A stretch of 64,000 nt of DNA from Podarcis filfolensis (taxonomy: Eukaryota): the NCBI GenBank assembly GCA_964270895.1, contig OZ185440.1; one strand, written 5' to 3'. This document shows, in pieces, positions 48,816 to 61,896 of the stretch (positions within the stretch are counted from its first letter, which is position 1; every line of letters starts with the position of its first letter). The notes beneath the pieces were generated by a model. It was not told where the DNA came from. It was given only the letters and a program-made list of their open reading frames with translations, and did not search any database. The translations under genes and the position numbers were made by a program.

Positions 48816-51589
48816 AAATGTTGCATAAGACTAAATTAAATTTGTCAGATACAAGATAAAAGAAGTTATTCCATCTAAACATTTACATTGATTATATCTG
48901 TGAAAATACTTCAGCACAATATAGGTAAAAGGAGGTAAAGAAAAAATGATTTTAACACATACATACCACATCTGAATACACACTAGATCTCTACTGCTGG
49001 CCGTTCTTTTTTAATCTATGTAAGAATAACATGTGTCATCAAGGCTTTCTCTCAATATTTTTACTACGGCAATGAAGCCAACTATTGTTAAGTTTGTAGG
49101 AAATGATTTGCCCAGGTTTGTACATAAGATACAGAGACAAAAGTGTGAGCACCCAATCTGTATATATAGCCTTCTTCTATGACTAACAATATTCTCCTAT
49201 GACAAGCAGCCCAATAGAAGGTTCTGCTTCATAATAGAAGTAGTGTATCACTGTGAGGTGTAAGATGAACAATACTTTCACACACATTGGTATATATTTT
49301 TTTTCTCAAATGTTAGTGAATAACAAATGTCTTCACAACTGAAAATGAAGGTAGAATAAGTCATCAATTTCCAAGACTCCTAAGATATGTTAAAATGCTG
49401 CTTTCTCCTAATCAGACTTTAGTCTAGATCAGGGCGACCTGAGAAGGACAAAATGATGTTCCTCCATTCCACAAAGTAGAATCCAAGAGGACTCAGTTGC
49501 ATTTTAATTTATCAGTGATGACAGGACATTGTCTTCCACCATACCCAGAGGCATCAAGACAGTTTAGGGTGCATAAAAGCTCTGTTCTTCACCTCCTTGT
49601 TCCCTAGCCTGAGGAGGTTACCTTCCTCTGTTTAATGAGGAAGGGGCAGCCGTGGATAGCACATGGGAGCTTTTTAGCTCCCTCTTCCAGTGGATATCTC
49701 AAGGATCCCTTCAAAAGGTCCCCTTTATTGCGGGTGGGGACTTAGGGTGAAACACAAGGAGCTAATGCCAGAAATAATTATCTCAAGCACATGCAGTAGT
49801 GATTTCCGCACATGGACAGCTTGTGTTATGGATCCAGGCCAGTGTATTTTTTCAAATGCATGTAAAGATTTCTTAAAAGTTATTAAAACTGCTGACAGTC
49901 CACAGAGAACCATCAGACAGTTGAGGATTAGTTCAGTTGAAATGCAGTTAATCTTATTTAGAAAATCAAAAGGATATTCATGTCTTAAAACTTTCAGTTT
50001 GAAGTGGCAGTTTCATTAAAATTTGAAGCTTTGATAAACTATAAATATTCAGAGCAGGAGTTTTACCAGAAGAAACACAGACCTTGGAAAGCAGATTATG
50101 GAGTTTCCAACTGAGAGCTTGCAAGGCTAAAGTGGATGATAGAATAATTAAAGCCTATATTGTCTTAACACAAAGTGGAATCTTAAGACTGTGTATTGTA
50201 ACCTGTGGAATAAATCTCTGATCAGTTCTATTAGCAGAAAAAATGAATAAAGACTGTGATATATTCGTTAGTAATTTCTCAACATGAGATTATTCTAGTA
50301 ATAGAAATGCACTGAATGCAAAATACCTGTGAATAGTGTAAGTGCTTTGTATTCTGCATGTTATTGTCACAGGAATGTTGGAAGCTGCCTTCTACCAAAC
50401 CAGCCCACTGGTGACTGAGTAGTTTCTGTCCATCTTCTCTGCTTCACCCGTTATAAAAATCTCTAGCAGTAAATCACTCTTTTGTCTCCAAAGAGAGGAC
50501 ACAAATAAAATCAAGCTACTCTCTCACAGAAAGCACAGGGCAGAGAGGGTAGGGTGTTTCTTGTTTCAATATTCTTGCTTCTCTCTCTCTCAGAAGCCAC
50601 ACCTGGAAGCAGAAAACTTAAGGTCTAATCTCCATGGGAGAGGGGTGGGGAAATTCTTGCATAGCCCCAAGTTTTTTGTTCTTTTTAATGCGCAGCATGT
50701 AATTCCCTTCATCAGTTCCTCCCTCGGTCCCTAGTGGTGTGTGCATGCATGAAAGAGCAGAGAGGCGGGACTTTTGCAGATACATGACATTTCCTTGACT
50801 GAGGTAAGAAGGGAAAATCCCTCCTTTTGCCTCTACTGTAAGATTACGTAGTATGAAAGAAATAGGTGAGAGAAATTAATGCAAAAACTTGCAAAGGGAA
50901 ACTATTTCTTTGATAGGACAGGAGAGAGAATTATGGAGGCTTCTGTTGAAATTGCAAGCTATCCTAAACAGTTTTGTTGTGATTTTTTTGGAACTTTATA
51001 TTTATGTTTGTAGCATTTAAATCATTTTAAATATAAGAGGAGAGTGCCAGCACAATTCTATACATGACTACTCAGATGTAATTCCTATAGGGTTCAATAG
51101 GGCTCATAGATATGTCTGTATCAATGCAACTCTAAATGTATTAAACATTTATATATGAAATTATTTCAGGAGGATGGGGCTGCAACAGCGATTACAACAA
51201 AACAAGCTGCTTAACAGAGTGGCTGTAGTTGGTGGCTCTTGGGAGTTTTAGTAAAACACAAAGTAGATCCCAGACACACAAGCTTGAAGTCTGCCCTCCA
51301 CTAATTTAGTGAGTATTTTAAAATGTACATTAAAGACACCAGGAACTCTTATCAAGATTTCCCAGCTGATTGGAACCGACCGATATATCCTACATTAAAC
51401 CTATACACATTTGCCTGGAAGTAAGTTCTATTGAACTTCTTCCGTCTCACGTACAAATAAACGTGTTTCTAGAGGCTGCACTGCAAAGTAAATGTGAACA
51501 TATAAGGAAAGAAGCAAGATCTTTACTGTGGTTACCCCATCTTGCAGCAGCTTCTGTACCCACAAGCTGCTGCTATCACCACCTCAAAG

Positions 51590-51665
51590 GGCTTGAACCT
51601 GGGAGACCTGAATTCAAAACCTCCCTCAGCCATGAAGCTCACAGTATGACACTGGGGTAATTGCT
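51590..51665 (+). mobile_element. CORE/MIR-like SINE fragment
   Basis: GGGAGACCTGAATTCAAAACCTCCCTCAGCCATGAAGCTCACAGTATGACACTGGG. Confidence 0.6.
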
Positions 51666-51869
51666 ACAATTTAATTTCGGTGGATGATGTATGCTGCCCG
51701 CAATCTTTGTCCACTTTCATGAGAATAAGTTGCATTAAGATCCTTTCTTAGTTGAACCGGGGGAGGGGGAAGCCACAGAGGGGTTGACTTAGTCGTACCT
51801 CCTCCTCACAAGGGGGGAGGATGGGGACCTAAACCCCAACCATGGGACCTCCTAGATGTCCCAACATGT

Positions 51870-52430
51870 GTAGGTTCTACCAGCCTCCAATGGTTGCTGC
51901 ACCTCAAACAGAATGTTACAGAACTGGAACAGGTTAAGAAAATGGCAACCAAAATGATAATGGGGCTAGGAACAACTCCTCTATGAGAAAGGGTTTGGAA
52001 ATTTCTGGGGGGGGGGGGACATGATAGCGCTGTATAAGATTATGCATGAAATGCAGAAAATGGAAATAAGTAAGTTTTTATCTCTCCCTGAATATACTAG
52101 AATCCAAGGACATCCAATGCAGCTGAATGTCGTAAGAGTCAAGACAGACACAAGTACTTCAGACAGAGTACAGACAATGTATAGGTGTATAGATTGTAAT
52201 GTTTATAAAGGAATGGCCACCAACTTGGATGTTTTAAAAGGTGGGTAGACAAATTCATGGAGGTTATCAATGGTTATTAGGCTGTGTACTACCAGAGAGA
52301 GTATGCTTCTGAATACCAGTTGCTGAGGAGGTCTGTTGTGTCTGTATCGCTTGCAGACTTCTCATAGCAATCTGGCTGGCCAGTGTGAGAACAGCATGGC
52401 AGTCTGATCTAGCAGGGCTCTTCTTATAGT
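51870..52430 (+). mobile_element. CR1 LINE 3' part (ORF2 end and 3'UTR)
   Basis: ELEQVKKMATKMIMGL, DMIALYKIMH, TRIQGHPMQL, then a CR1-type 3'UTR ending CTGATCTAGCAGGGCTCTTCTTAT. Confidence 0.85.
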
Positions 52431-53249
52431 CTTAACTCCTAATCAAGCATTGTGTCTCATTTCAAAGGAAATTCAACCTTGAGTAGTATTAACATAACAC
52501 TGGCGATTAAGAGATGTCATGTTATAGTGAAAAATGTCCTAGCCAATCTAATTTATATTTAATTAAAAATGTTATAGGAAATGAATTAATCTGAGATGTC
52601 AACAGGCAGGAAATTGAATGGAAATTGAGAACATGTATAACTAATTTTGGATTATTCTTTTTCTAAACATTTTGTTAAACAGTACAGGCATTTCAGCAGT
52701 GAAGCAGAACCCTGTATCAGTTAGACCTAAAAAATAAAAATGGGGGGGGGGGTTGCCATGGCTTTGTGTTTAAGAACTGCTTTTTAGGTGTGCAAATACA
52801 ATTTTATGCTTAGTGAACTGAAATAATTTTAGGAATATAAGCTATCATTTGTTTTTAGAAAATATCTACTTATATAGACAAGTAAATAATTAGAAATGTT
52901 ATGTTGGTAAACTGTTTGGTACTGTGATACAACAAACTGTTATAAAATAGGGGAAAATGATTATCAGCAAAAAAATCCTGCAAGATGAACAAGCACAGAT
53001 TGCAAATGCAAGTTGCAGATGGTGCTGGGAAAACATCCCTCAGGTCAATTCAAACTGGGCTGAGCAAACTAAGCAGGTTTTGTAAAATCAGGAAACAGGT
53101 ATATGATGGGATCTGAATTTCAAAAACCCTGTTTTGAAATTCAGATGCCATAATATACCTGATGACCTAACTGGGGTTATAACAGGGTTCAGATACCTCC
53201 CAACAAATTGCTACACTGTGAGCTTCTCTGCCCTACTCTCCATTCTCTT

Positions 53250-53537
53250 CAGTGTGGTGTAGTGGTTAAGAGCAACAGACTCATAATCTGGGGAACCGGG
53301 TTCGCATCTCCGCTCCTCCACATGCAGCTGCTGGGTGACCTTGGGCCAGTCACACTTCTCTGAAGTCTCTCAGCCCCACTCACCTCACAGAGTGTTGTGG
53401 GGGAGGAAGGGAAAGGAGAATGCTAGCCGCTTTGAGACTCCTTCGGGTAGTGATAAAGCAGGATATCAAATCCAAACTCTTCTCTTCTTCTTCTTCTTCT
53501 TCTTCTTCTTCTTCTTCTTCTTCTTCTTCTTCTTCTT
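53250..53537 (+). mobile_element. Young tRNA-derived SINE (Squam3-like, lacertid type) with (CTT)n tail
   Basis: A box GTGGTGTAGTGG, B box GGGTTCGCATCTCC, CORE-like body, CpGs retained, long (CTT)n tail. Confidence 0.85.
53484..53536 (+). repeat. (CTT)n microsatellite, about 17 units (SINE tail)
   Basis: Directly visible. Confidence 0.97.
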
Positions 53538-56500
53538 TTCCCACTTACCTGTCCTTATGTGGACAGCCGCTAAAGAAGGGAGGTCTGTCTAGTGGAAGAT
53601 CTCCATTACTCATTTCCTAGCATCTCAGATCCTGCAACAGCGGCAGCAGAGGTACTCTAGGGAATTTAGTTTTCCCAAGACACCTAACTTCTTCAAGCGG
53701 AATAAAATATCTTAGGACTAAAGTATAGAACAAAGTATCTTAGTGCGTGGGAAGGTGCTGACATCACTGGTAGGCGATAGTTAATTCAAACAGACTGTCT
53801 GCAACCAGACGTTATACTCTCCCAACTCACTGGAAAAAGAAGTGTCTTGTTTACAAAGGGAACAGGCAACTTGATATGAACTGTTCAGTTTAGTCAATCA
53901 TGTTCACGTAGGATTAATTCAAACTGAAAACAGTTAAGATATAAATAAATGAGAACTGATGAACAAAGACAATGAAAGTCAGAATGATTCTATAACAGAA
54001 TGTGGAGGATCATTAATTGTACCTACACAAGAGTCATTTCAAATTCCAAATTCAATTGTAACACAGGAATTGTTTTAAAAGTTTTAGTAGGACTTTTCAG
54101 GGAGATGCCCTGGTACTGACTTCTAATTAACTTCTTCTACAACCTTTCAGGATGACTGTAAAAGTGTTCAATAGACTGCCAGTATAACTAGTACTCTAAT
54201 TACTACCTTTATCTAAACAACTCCAAAAACTGTAACTGGAAGTACAGTCAAATAAAATGATGCATTAAGGAAAAAGACAATATTATATGTCTGATCAATA
54301 ATTATTTAAAGTAAAACATGAACAGGTGCTTTGGATTAAAAAACTGGAGACAAGTTTTTCAATATGCAGGTGCAGCCTTCATGCAAAGATGGTGCCACAC
54401 TCTTCCCACCTCTTCTATCTTTTTGATGCACATAATAAGTAGCATGGTGGGTTTCTGCACATATCTATGTGTAATATGATATGTATAAATTCTATGTTAT
54501 AATAATCTTTGCTATGATATACCTGATCTTCAGCAAATACAATGTAAAATGAGCTACTTACACCAAATGCAAAATTGCCTAATGGCTTTATCAATAATAA
54601 GCAAGATAACTGTCAATTATTAAAGACAGAAATGTGATACACACAACTTATTTACAATATATTCTGATACCATTTATACAAGGCTTCAATCATAAGTCTT
54701 TATTCAGGTTTATGACTCAAGATCTTTAACTAGAACTGCTGGAAATGAAAACAGGGTTTTTTTTTCTATACACAAAGCATATGCAACCAAGTATAGCTTA
54801 CTGTGCTATGACTTAAATAATAAATGCAAGGCAAACACTTCACTTTTTAATGCAATTATTTTCTGGTAAAATTGTTATCTGTAGAAAGCAGAAAAACTCT
54901 GTATAATTGTCCTTCAAAAAACTATATTTAAAGAAATGCAGATGTATAATCACGCCCCTATTGGACATTCCATGCACAGACACGAGCAGATCACTGATGA
55001 CTAGGGGGCAGTTTAGCAAAGTAACTCTGAAAGTATGCAGAAAACCATGAATTTCCATTAGTGTTTTTGTTTAAAAAAGAAGAAGAAGAAGCATGTGCAA
55101 GAGGCAGGGAAAGTAATAAGGCTGCGCGTGCTCAGTTAAGAAAATTCTAAAGATAAGCAACAGTACTTGGAAGGGGGTATGTACAGGTGGAAGGAAGAGA
55201 AATTGGGCAGATGGGGAAATGGGTTACACTGAATAATATTCAAGTGAAATGAGCATTTAATTCAGATTTTTGGAGGAGGCAAGTGATGGGGGGGGGAGTG
55301 ATTGAGAAGAATGTAAGCAAACCAAGCATTATGCTCAGCCAACCCCATAGGCATTCTAGGGGAAAGAAGATGACGGGCAGCTGCAGCAATGTCCCCAACC
55401 AACATTCCTAAAATAAATAACTTAATTGGAACAACTTTCTGAAGGAAGAACTAAGCATGTAGCAGCACTGAATATGCAGTCTGAGACGTTCCACTTAAAA
55501 TACTTTTAAAAATACACATTTAATCTGCAAATAATGTTTGTAACTACTAAAACTTATTTTAAACAATGAGCATGGCAATATATTTCTGGCATTAAAAGCC
55601 ATTTTTGTTGTTCACATTTGTTTAAACTATATGCACTGCAAGTACCTCCATCTTCTTGTAGAAAGACTCCATGGATACAAACTGCTCAGTACAAACTATA
55701 AATCTTTGAACTTGTATGCTGTTTACAAGATGGACTAATAATATTTAGGTGCTCAATAATTATTTACACAAAAAAGCAAAATGCTTGCTTGAAAGTACCA
55801 CAAATGATGGTTGCCAACATGCAAGGATATAAAGTTATGTTTTGCAAATTGTCTAATAACCTTATATCAAACTACAAGAAAAGAAAGAGAGTCATACTAT
55901 GTTCCATCCCAGTGCTACTGAATTCTTATTACAAAGAATATTGTCTTCCCAGAACATCTTAAAAATAATTTTGAAGGCAGATATCCAAAAATAAACCTCC
56001 TTCCACCTCTCATAATGTGATCTCATTCTTTTAGAAAGTGTTATTCTCATTATCTGAATAGTAGGTCATCTCACAGGACGCTGTTCCAAGGATACATGAA
56101 ACAGAGACTCGTCTTTGTAGGTTAAAACACATACAAACATAAGTATCCGACAGGATCAAACCAAAAGCTGACCTAAGTACGTGTTACAGGAAATGTGAGA
56201 CTTCCGTGAAGCCACTCGCACATCTCAGCGAAAAAAGCACAAGACATGTCATAATTGCATTCAGTTTTTCCATGCCTCATTCCAATTCATTAGCTGCCAT
56301 GTGTACCTTGCTAGCAATACAGAACACAGCTTTATGTGTTTCATTTCCCAATCTAACTAGGAGGATGTAGGCCACAAGCAGGCACACCCACAACCACACG
56401 CCTTTCGTGATACTGCCTAACTGCATCTTACAGCAAGCTCAACTTTCAATTTCATTATGAAATTAAAATACTTAATTAAAATATAGGAATAGTTCTACAG

Positions 56501-57773
56501 GAGTGAAGGTATATTTCGACTCCAGCAAGTTGCCATCTAAGGAACTGAAAATTTCGTATTATAAGGGTGTGCTTTTATATTCTGCTTACTTTGATTGGAA
56601 ATCCCAACGATAGTATTTTTAACTGTCCCTTTTCAGCCAACTTTTTTTTCATGCCAGCACACACCATAAGTAATCATGACAATTTATAAACATCTAATCA
56701 TTAATTCAGACAGTTGCATTATCTTCAATCAATACTGAGCTGCAACCAAGCAACACAGTCTCAGAGACATGTCCCCAACAGAATAATTTGGGAATTACAT
56801 TTTCAGAGAATTAGCAATGTCCTTTAGCCAACTGTTCACATTACCCCTGACCTAGGTTAAGACAAACGCCTTTCCCTGCTTAATGTAAACTACTGGTTTT
56901 TATTTTTAGCTACAGTACTTGCATCTCTCTATAAATGGGACAAAATGAACAGAAAAAATTCAAGTACAAATAGAAACTTGGCATTGTATATAGTGAATGG
57001 ATGATGAAGATGATAATAAGAATGCCTCAAAATTCATGGAAAGGGGTAGCTCCTATACCCTATTGCCCTTTAAGTACTATCTTCTGGGGATATATGCAGT
57101 ATGAAAGCAAATTTGTTTTGAAAAATATACTAACTAGGGTACTAATAGAAACATTTATAGTAGGAGATAAATCCACCACACGCACGCTTTGCAATCTTTC
57201 CCCCTCATTTCCCCTCTTCAAATGACATGGTCACTGCTGCTCTCAGAATTTTACATAGGAGTAGCAACAGTCACTTTCAGCACAATCTTATGCATTTTGA
57301 ATACCTTTGTAAGCATTCTATCCAACCTCTTCATCCAAATAGGCATTGATCTATTGGGGAAAGGTTTTGGTGACTCTTTCCTCCATAGATTGCAAAATAT
57401 ATGACTGCACTGTTGAAGAGCATCTGGACTGCATCCCAGCACTCTTTTCTTGCCCAGCAGATGATCCTGTCATCTGTCAGGTAGTGTGGAAAGGGCAGGA
57501 AGCTTTCCAAACTGCCTAGCAGAAGGTCAGCACCATAATATAACTGTAGCATCACTGCAGCCACAGCATTGACATTTCAGGCAAGGAGAGGTCACCTGAC
57601 TAAATTGCAGTGCTCTTTCCCCCGTAAATGTGCCCAGTACCTGTTAGACCCTGCTGTACTCTTAGTCAGAATACTCAACAGGAGTATATAATACTATCAC
57701 GGTGCCAATGTGTTGGGAAAGAATGTCTCAAATTACTCCCCAGAGGCCTACGCCCAGAATGACTGCTCACATA

Positions 57774-57960
57774 CCGTATTTTTCGCGCCACAAGACGCAC
57801 TTTTTTCTTCCTAAAAAGTAAGGGGAAATGTTTGTGCGTCTTATGGAGCGAATGTGTGGTCCCTGGAGCTGAGCTGAATTGCCCAGGAGCAAAAAGCAGA
57901 TCATGCTTTTCTTTCTTTCTTTCTTTCTTTTTTTGGAAAGAGGGAAGTGGTTGTTGAAAC
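57774..57960. mobile_element. Tc1/mariner-pogo MITE, left end only
   Basis: TA|CCGTATTTTTCGCGCCACAAGACGCAC...GTGCGTCTTATGGAGCGAA, with an internal inverted AAGACGCAC / GTGCGTCTT; right TIR not found. Confidence 0.7.
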
Positions 57961-58204
57961 AAAGCCTCTGATCGTTTGCGGATCGGGGAGAGAGATAAGG
58001 GACGCTAGAGATAAAGGAGGTATATAATGTTGTAGTTGGCTACTTTTTAAAAATAACTGCTTTTTAAAGACTTATATTCAAAAGCAGGGTTTTTAAAAAT
58101 AAAATAAACAAGATTTATATTTAAATAGAGTTTCTAACCGTGTTTATAGGACACCGGCAAGAGGGAAAATATGACATCTGCACAGCATATATTGGGGAGC
58201 TGGA

Positions 58205-59400
58205 GAATGTAACGTGTGTGTCTGTGTGTGTAATTTATATTCTTATTTATATACATTACATCAATTATTTTGCCAAGTTTTAACATTATCAATTTCAACT
58301 CCCTTTTCCCCCTCTTTCTGCGGTTCCTTACATTTATTTTTGTCCTTTCCTGCATACTCCAAATTGTCTGAACTTATTCTTTTATTTATCCATTCTAATA
58401 TCTCTCTCTCTCTTTTTTTTAACTGCAGGTTTTTACAATAATCCTGCCAGTGTCTTAATCTGTTTACAGTTTGTTTGTAAATATTCAATAAACTACTTCC
58501 ATTCCTTTCTAAAAATTTTGTTGCCTTGATTTCTTATTCTTCCAGTAAGTTTTGCCATTTCTGCGCACTCCATTAGTTTCTGTATCCAATCTTCTTTCGT
58601 CAGCACCTCTTCATCTTTCCATTTTTGGGTAAATAACATTCTTGCAGTTGTAGTTGCATACATAAATAAATTTCTATATTGTTTGAGTAGTTCTAATCCT
58701 ATAATTCCAAAGAAAAAAGCTTCTGGGGGGTTTTATGGTCATCTTAAACATATTTTTCAATTCATTATATATAATTTCCCAGTAAGCTTTAACCTTATTA
58801 CAAGACCGCCACATGTGAAAAAGGTACCTTCTTTCTCTTTACATTTCCAACAAGTATTTGACTTTGATTTGTACATTTTTGCCAATCTACTAGGAGTTAG
58901 GTACCATTTATATAGCATTTTCATATAATTTTCTCTTAAATTATAACATGCTGTAAATATTATATCCATGTTCCACAATCGTTCCCATGCTTCCATTTCT
59001 ATATTATGACCAACATCTATTGCCCAGTGTATCATTGAAAATTTCACTTGTTCATCCTTTAGTCTCCCATTCCAATAACATCTTGTACATTTCAGACATC
59101 ACTTTAACACTACAATTTAACAGGTCTCTTTCTAATTGGGATAGTTGTTCCCCAAACCCCTACTTCATATCCTTTTTAAATATTTCGTTCAAATGATGAT
59201 ATTGTAATCATGTTATTAACATTCCAGGTAGATTCTTAAACTCTTTTAAGTTAAATTCTCCACCGTCATCTTTAATTAAATTTCTATAAGTTACCCAACT
59301 TTCCGTCATATTTTTCTTTTTTACAGCTATGGCCTCAAAAGGTGAAAGCCAAAGTGGTGTTTTATAACTAGTATGTATATTAATAAAATACTTTTTTCAG
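58205..59400 (-). mobile_element. 5'-truncated L1 LINE (ORF2 C-terminus and 3'UTR)
   Basis: Track ORF 58757..59047: ENYMKMLYKWYLTPSRLAKM...CWKCKEKEGTFF (L1 cysteine-rich domain), near-continuous upstream frame with a few stops, A-rich 3' end. Confidence 0.88.
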
Positions 59401-59897
59401 TCCTTTGCTACTAACTGCAAAAAACCCCCCGAAGGTTTAATAAATCTCCAATAGGCCTCAGATAGGCCATCTACAACCCACCAACATCAGTGTCCAAATC
59501 TATTTTCTGCACAGAAAACTTCAAAGGGGAATATGTGTACAACACAAATTGCCTTATTTCATCTCAATCACATTTACATCCAAAATCAAATAAAGTTTCA
59601 TTTTTTATTTATAGCAGTGCATATCAAAGCCTTCTGTTGTAACAGAATGCAAAGAGAATGTTTTCACTGTTAAACTTTCCCATCCCAGAAACCTTTTTAT
59701 TTAATTTGCTTTATTTTTATTTATTTAGCACAATACAGCAGGTTGGGTAAAGATCTTACTCAGCATCTTTCACTAGTCAGAGTAGATAATAACAGGAAAA
59801 ATGGATCAAATGTCATGGTAATCCATAGTTTATGATTTACTAGGAATGTTTCTATGGCTCCTGTGATTTACTCCACTGCTAGTGTGGAGAATTAACT

Positions 59898-60054
59898 ATG
59901 ATCCCTGGCTTAGTGTTACATCTGAACTGAGGATCATGGTTTGTTCCACTCATAACAAACCGCATTTAGTAACCCAAGAACAAACCTTCATGGTTTGTTT
60001 GGTGTGAAACAAATCAGAAGTCCTCATTCAGACTAATTGCTAAGCCAGGATCAT
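59898..60054. repeat. Nested palindromic MITE-like repeat
   Basis: Outer inverted ATGATCC(C)TGGCTTAG / CTAAGCCAGGATCAT, inner inverted TCTGAACTGAGGA / TCCTCATTCAGA, repeated ATGGTTTG / CAAACC motifs. Confidence 0.7.
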
Positions 60055-60489
60055 GGTTTGTTGCTCCTGCTCTCATTACAGGAGGTGCAAAATGGGAGCC
60101 ATACGCATGTTTAAAGTAAACCATTTACCATTAACATTGGTTTACTCTGATGTATGGACACTCCCATATTGGAACAGCTTCATTTGTTCATTTGCTTGGT
60201 GAGTGAAAAAAAATTGGATCAGTGAGGGTTTTTAACTGTTTTGGCCTACAGATTCAAGGAGGATGCACAGCGGTCCTATTACAGCCATTCAAAGAACATA
60301 TGGTGAGGGGAGCTAAAGTGGCCAGAGAGTGCAGGGCTGTGCATAACATCACCCAATATCCCCTACTGACCTGATTAGTTCCAGCATCAACCTTCTTGCT
60401 TTGAGCAGGAAGGACTGAAGGCATATTCTCATCTGAATATGCTTACGATCAGAAGCATAACCTGGGTTTCCTAATGCTGTAACATTATA

Positions 60490-60843
60490 AAGGTAAAGGG
60501 ACCCCTGACCATTAGGTCCAGTCGTGACCAACTCTGGGGTTGCAGTGCTCATCTCGCTTTATTGGCCGAGGGAGCCAGCGTACAGCTTCCGGGTCATGTG
60601 GCCAGCATGACTAAGCCGCTTCTGGCGAACCAGAGCAGCGCACGGAAACACTGTTTACCTTCCCGCCGGAGTGGTACCTATTTATCTACTTGCACTCTGA
60701 CGTGCTTTTGAACTGCTAGCTTGGCAGGAGCAGGGACCGAGCAATGGGAGCTCACCTCGTTGCGGGGATTCAAACCGCCGACCTTCTGATTGGCAAGTCG
60801 TAGGCTCAGTGGTTTAACCCACAGCGCCACCTGCATCCCTCTC
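60490..60843 (-). mobile_element. Full-length Sauria SINE with 13-bp TSD
   Basis: Minus strand GGGATGCAGGTGGCGCTGTGGGTTAAACC...GGTCAGGGGTCCCTTTACCTT; TSD CTGTAACATTATA at 60477-60489 and 60844-60856. Confidence 0.92.
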
Positions 60844-61839
60844 CTGTAACATTATAGGCGTGTGGAAAAGATCACATTTCAAACCTTCTACCCAATATGC
60901 AAAGGCACAAGGCTGCAGTTGGAAAGGATGGGGACACTGGAGGCAGGGATTGCATGTGTTTCAACATAGCCTTCCCATGTGTTTATGCACAAACTGATAT
61001 TTCTGAACTAGCCTTATTTGAGCTCAGAAAAATACTCTCAGAGAGATTAAAACTCCCCTTATTCACATACAAAGCCTCTCCTAGCATTACCTTTCATAAT
61101 GGTGCTCAGTCTTGGTAATTGCTTGATAGTTATTAAAATGACTCTGCTGCATAATTTTAAAAAACGTTGTTGTTTTTTTAAAAAAGGGTTCAAACACAAA
61201 TGTAATCTATGTTATATGCTCTCTGACTCATATATCCTGGGCTCTGAAATACAGATATTATGCAAATATAATCAGAGCTGCCAAGTATTACAAACAAGTT
61301 GAATACTTGTCATAAATGCAAAAAAGAAAAGAAAAAGGTTTTTCATCATAACCAGATTTAGTAACAAGAGTTTGAAGTCGGTTTACAAACACTTATTAAG
61401 CTTGCTGGTTTAATCATGATCCTGCCTGTGCATGATAGGAAGTCCATCCTAAGCAGATGGGCAGTTACCAAGATTGGGAAGTAAGATTGGTTTTCATCAG
61501 CCAGTTGAAGGCTGCTGGTACATACAAACAAAACTAATATCTAGAATACTAGGAAAACATATATGTGTAATGGATGTGTTTACCAATGGTTAGGTCTTAC
61601 CCATAATTTATCAAATTTTGATTAAAGTTTGTTAGAATGTGTATGCTTTTTAATTCTTATCTACCTTTTACTCATTTCTGCTTATATTTATAGCCATTAA
61701 TATATCCCCCCGTGGTACAATGTTCCAAAATAGAAACAGCAGTGGGAATCCCACAACAAAACAGCACAATTCATAACAGAAGGGGGGGACGGGACAATTC
61801 TTTGAATATTTGAGGTAACTAAAATATATAAGCACTTAC

Positions 61840-61896
61840 TTTGGTAGAGTTTTCAAGTGATTCTCTCGTAATTCCAATATTCGTAATTTAACAAGT
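61840..61896 (-). CDS. LRRC7: LRRC7 exon (window exon 1), LRR: (R)LVKLRILELRENHLKTLP(K)
   Basis: 57 nt; acceptor ttttag, donor AA|GTAAGT; phases 2/2. Too short for the ORF track, found by back-translation. Confidence 0.95.

Larger units (their letters stand above)
929..61896 (-). other. LRRC7: LRRC7 (densin-180) gene, internal portion: 15 coding exons, incomplete at both ends
   Basis: Exons joined in transcript order give one open frame (3277 nt) with GT-AG boundaries and matching phases at all 14 introns. The translation closely matches the recalled human LRRC7 sequence (LRRs, LAP-specific region, ...[17 protein letters not shown]...). Confidence 0.97.
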
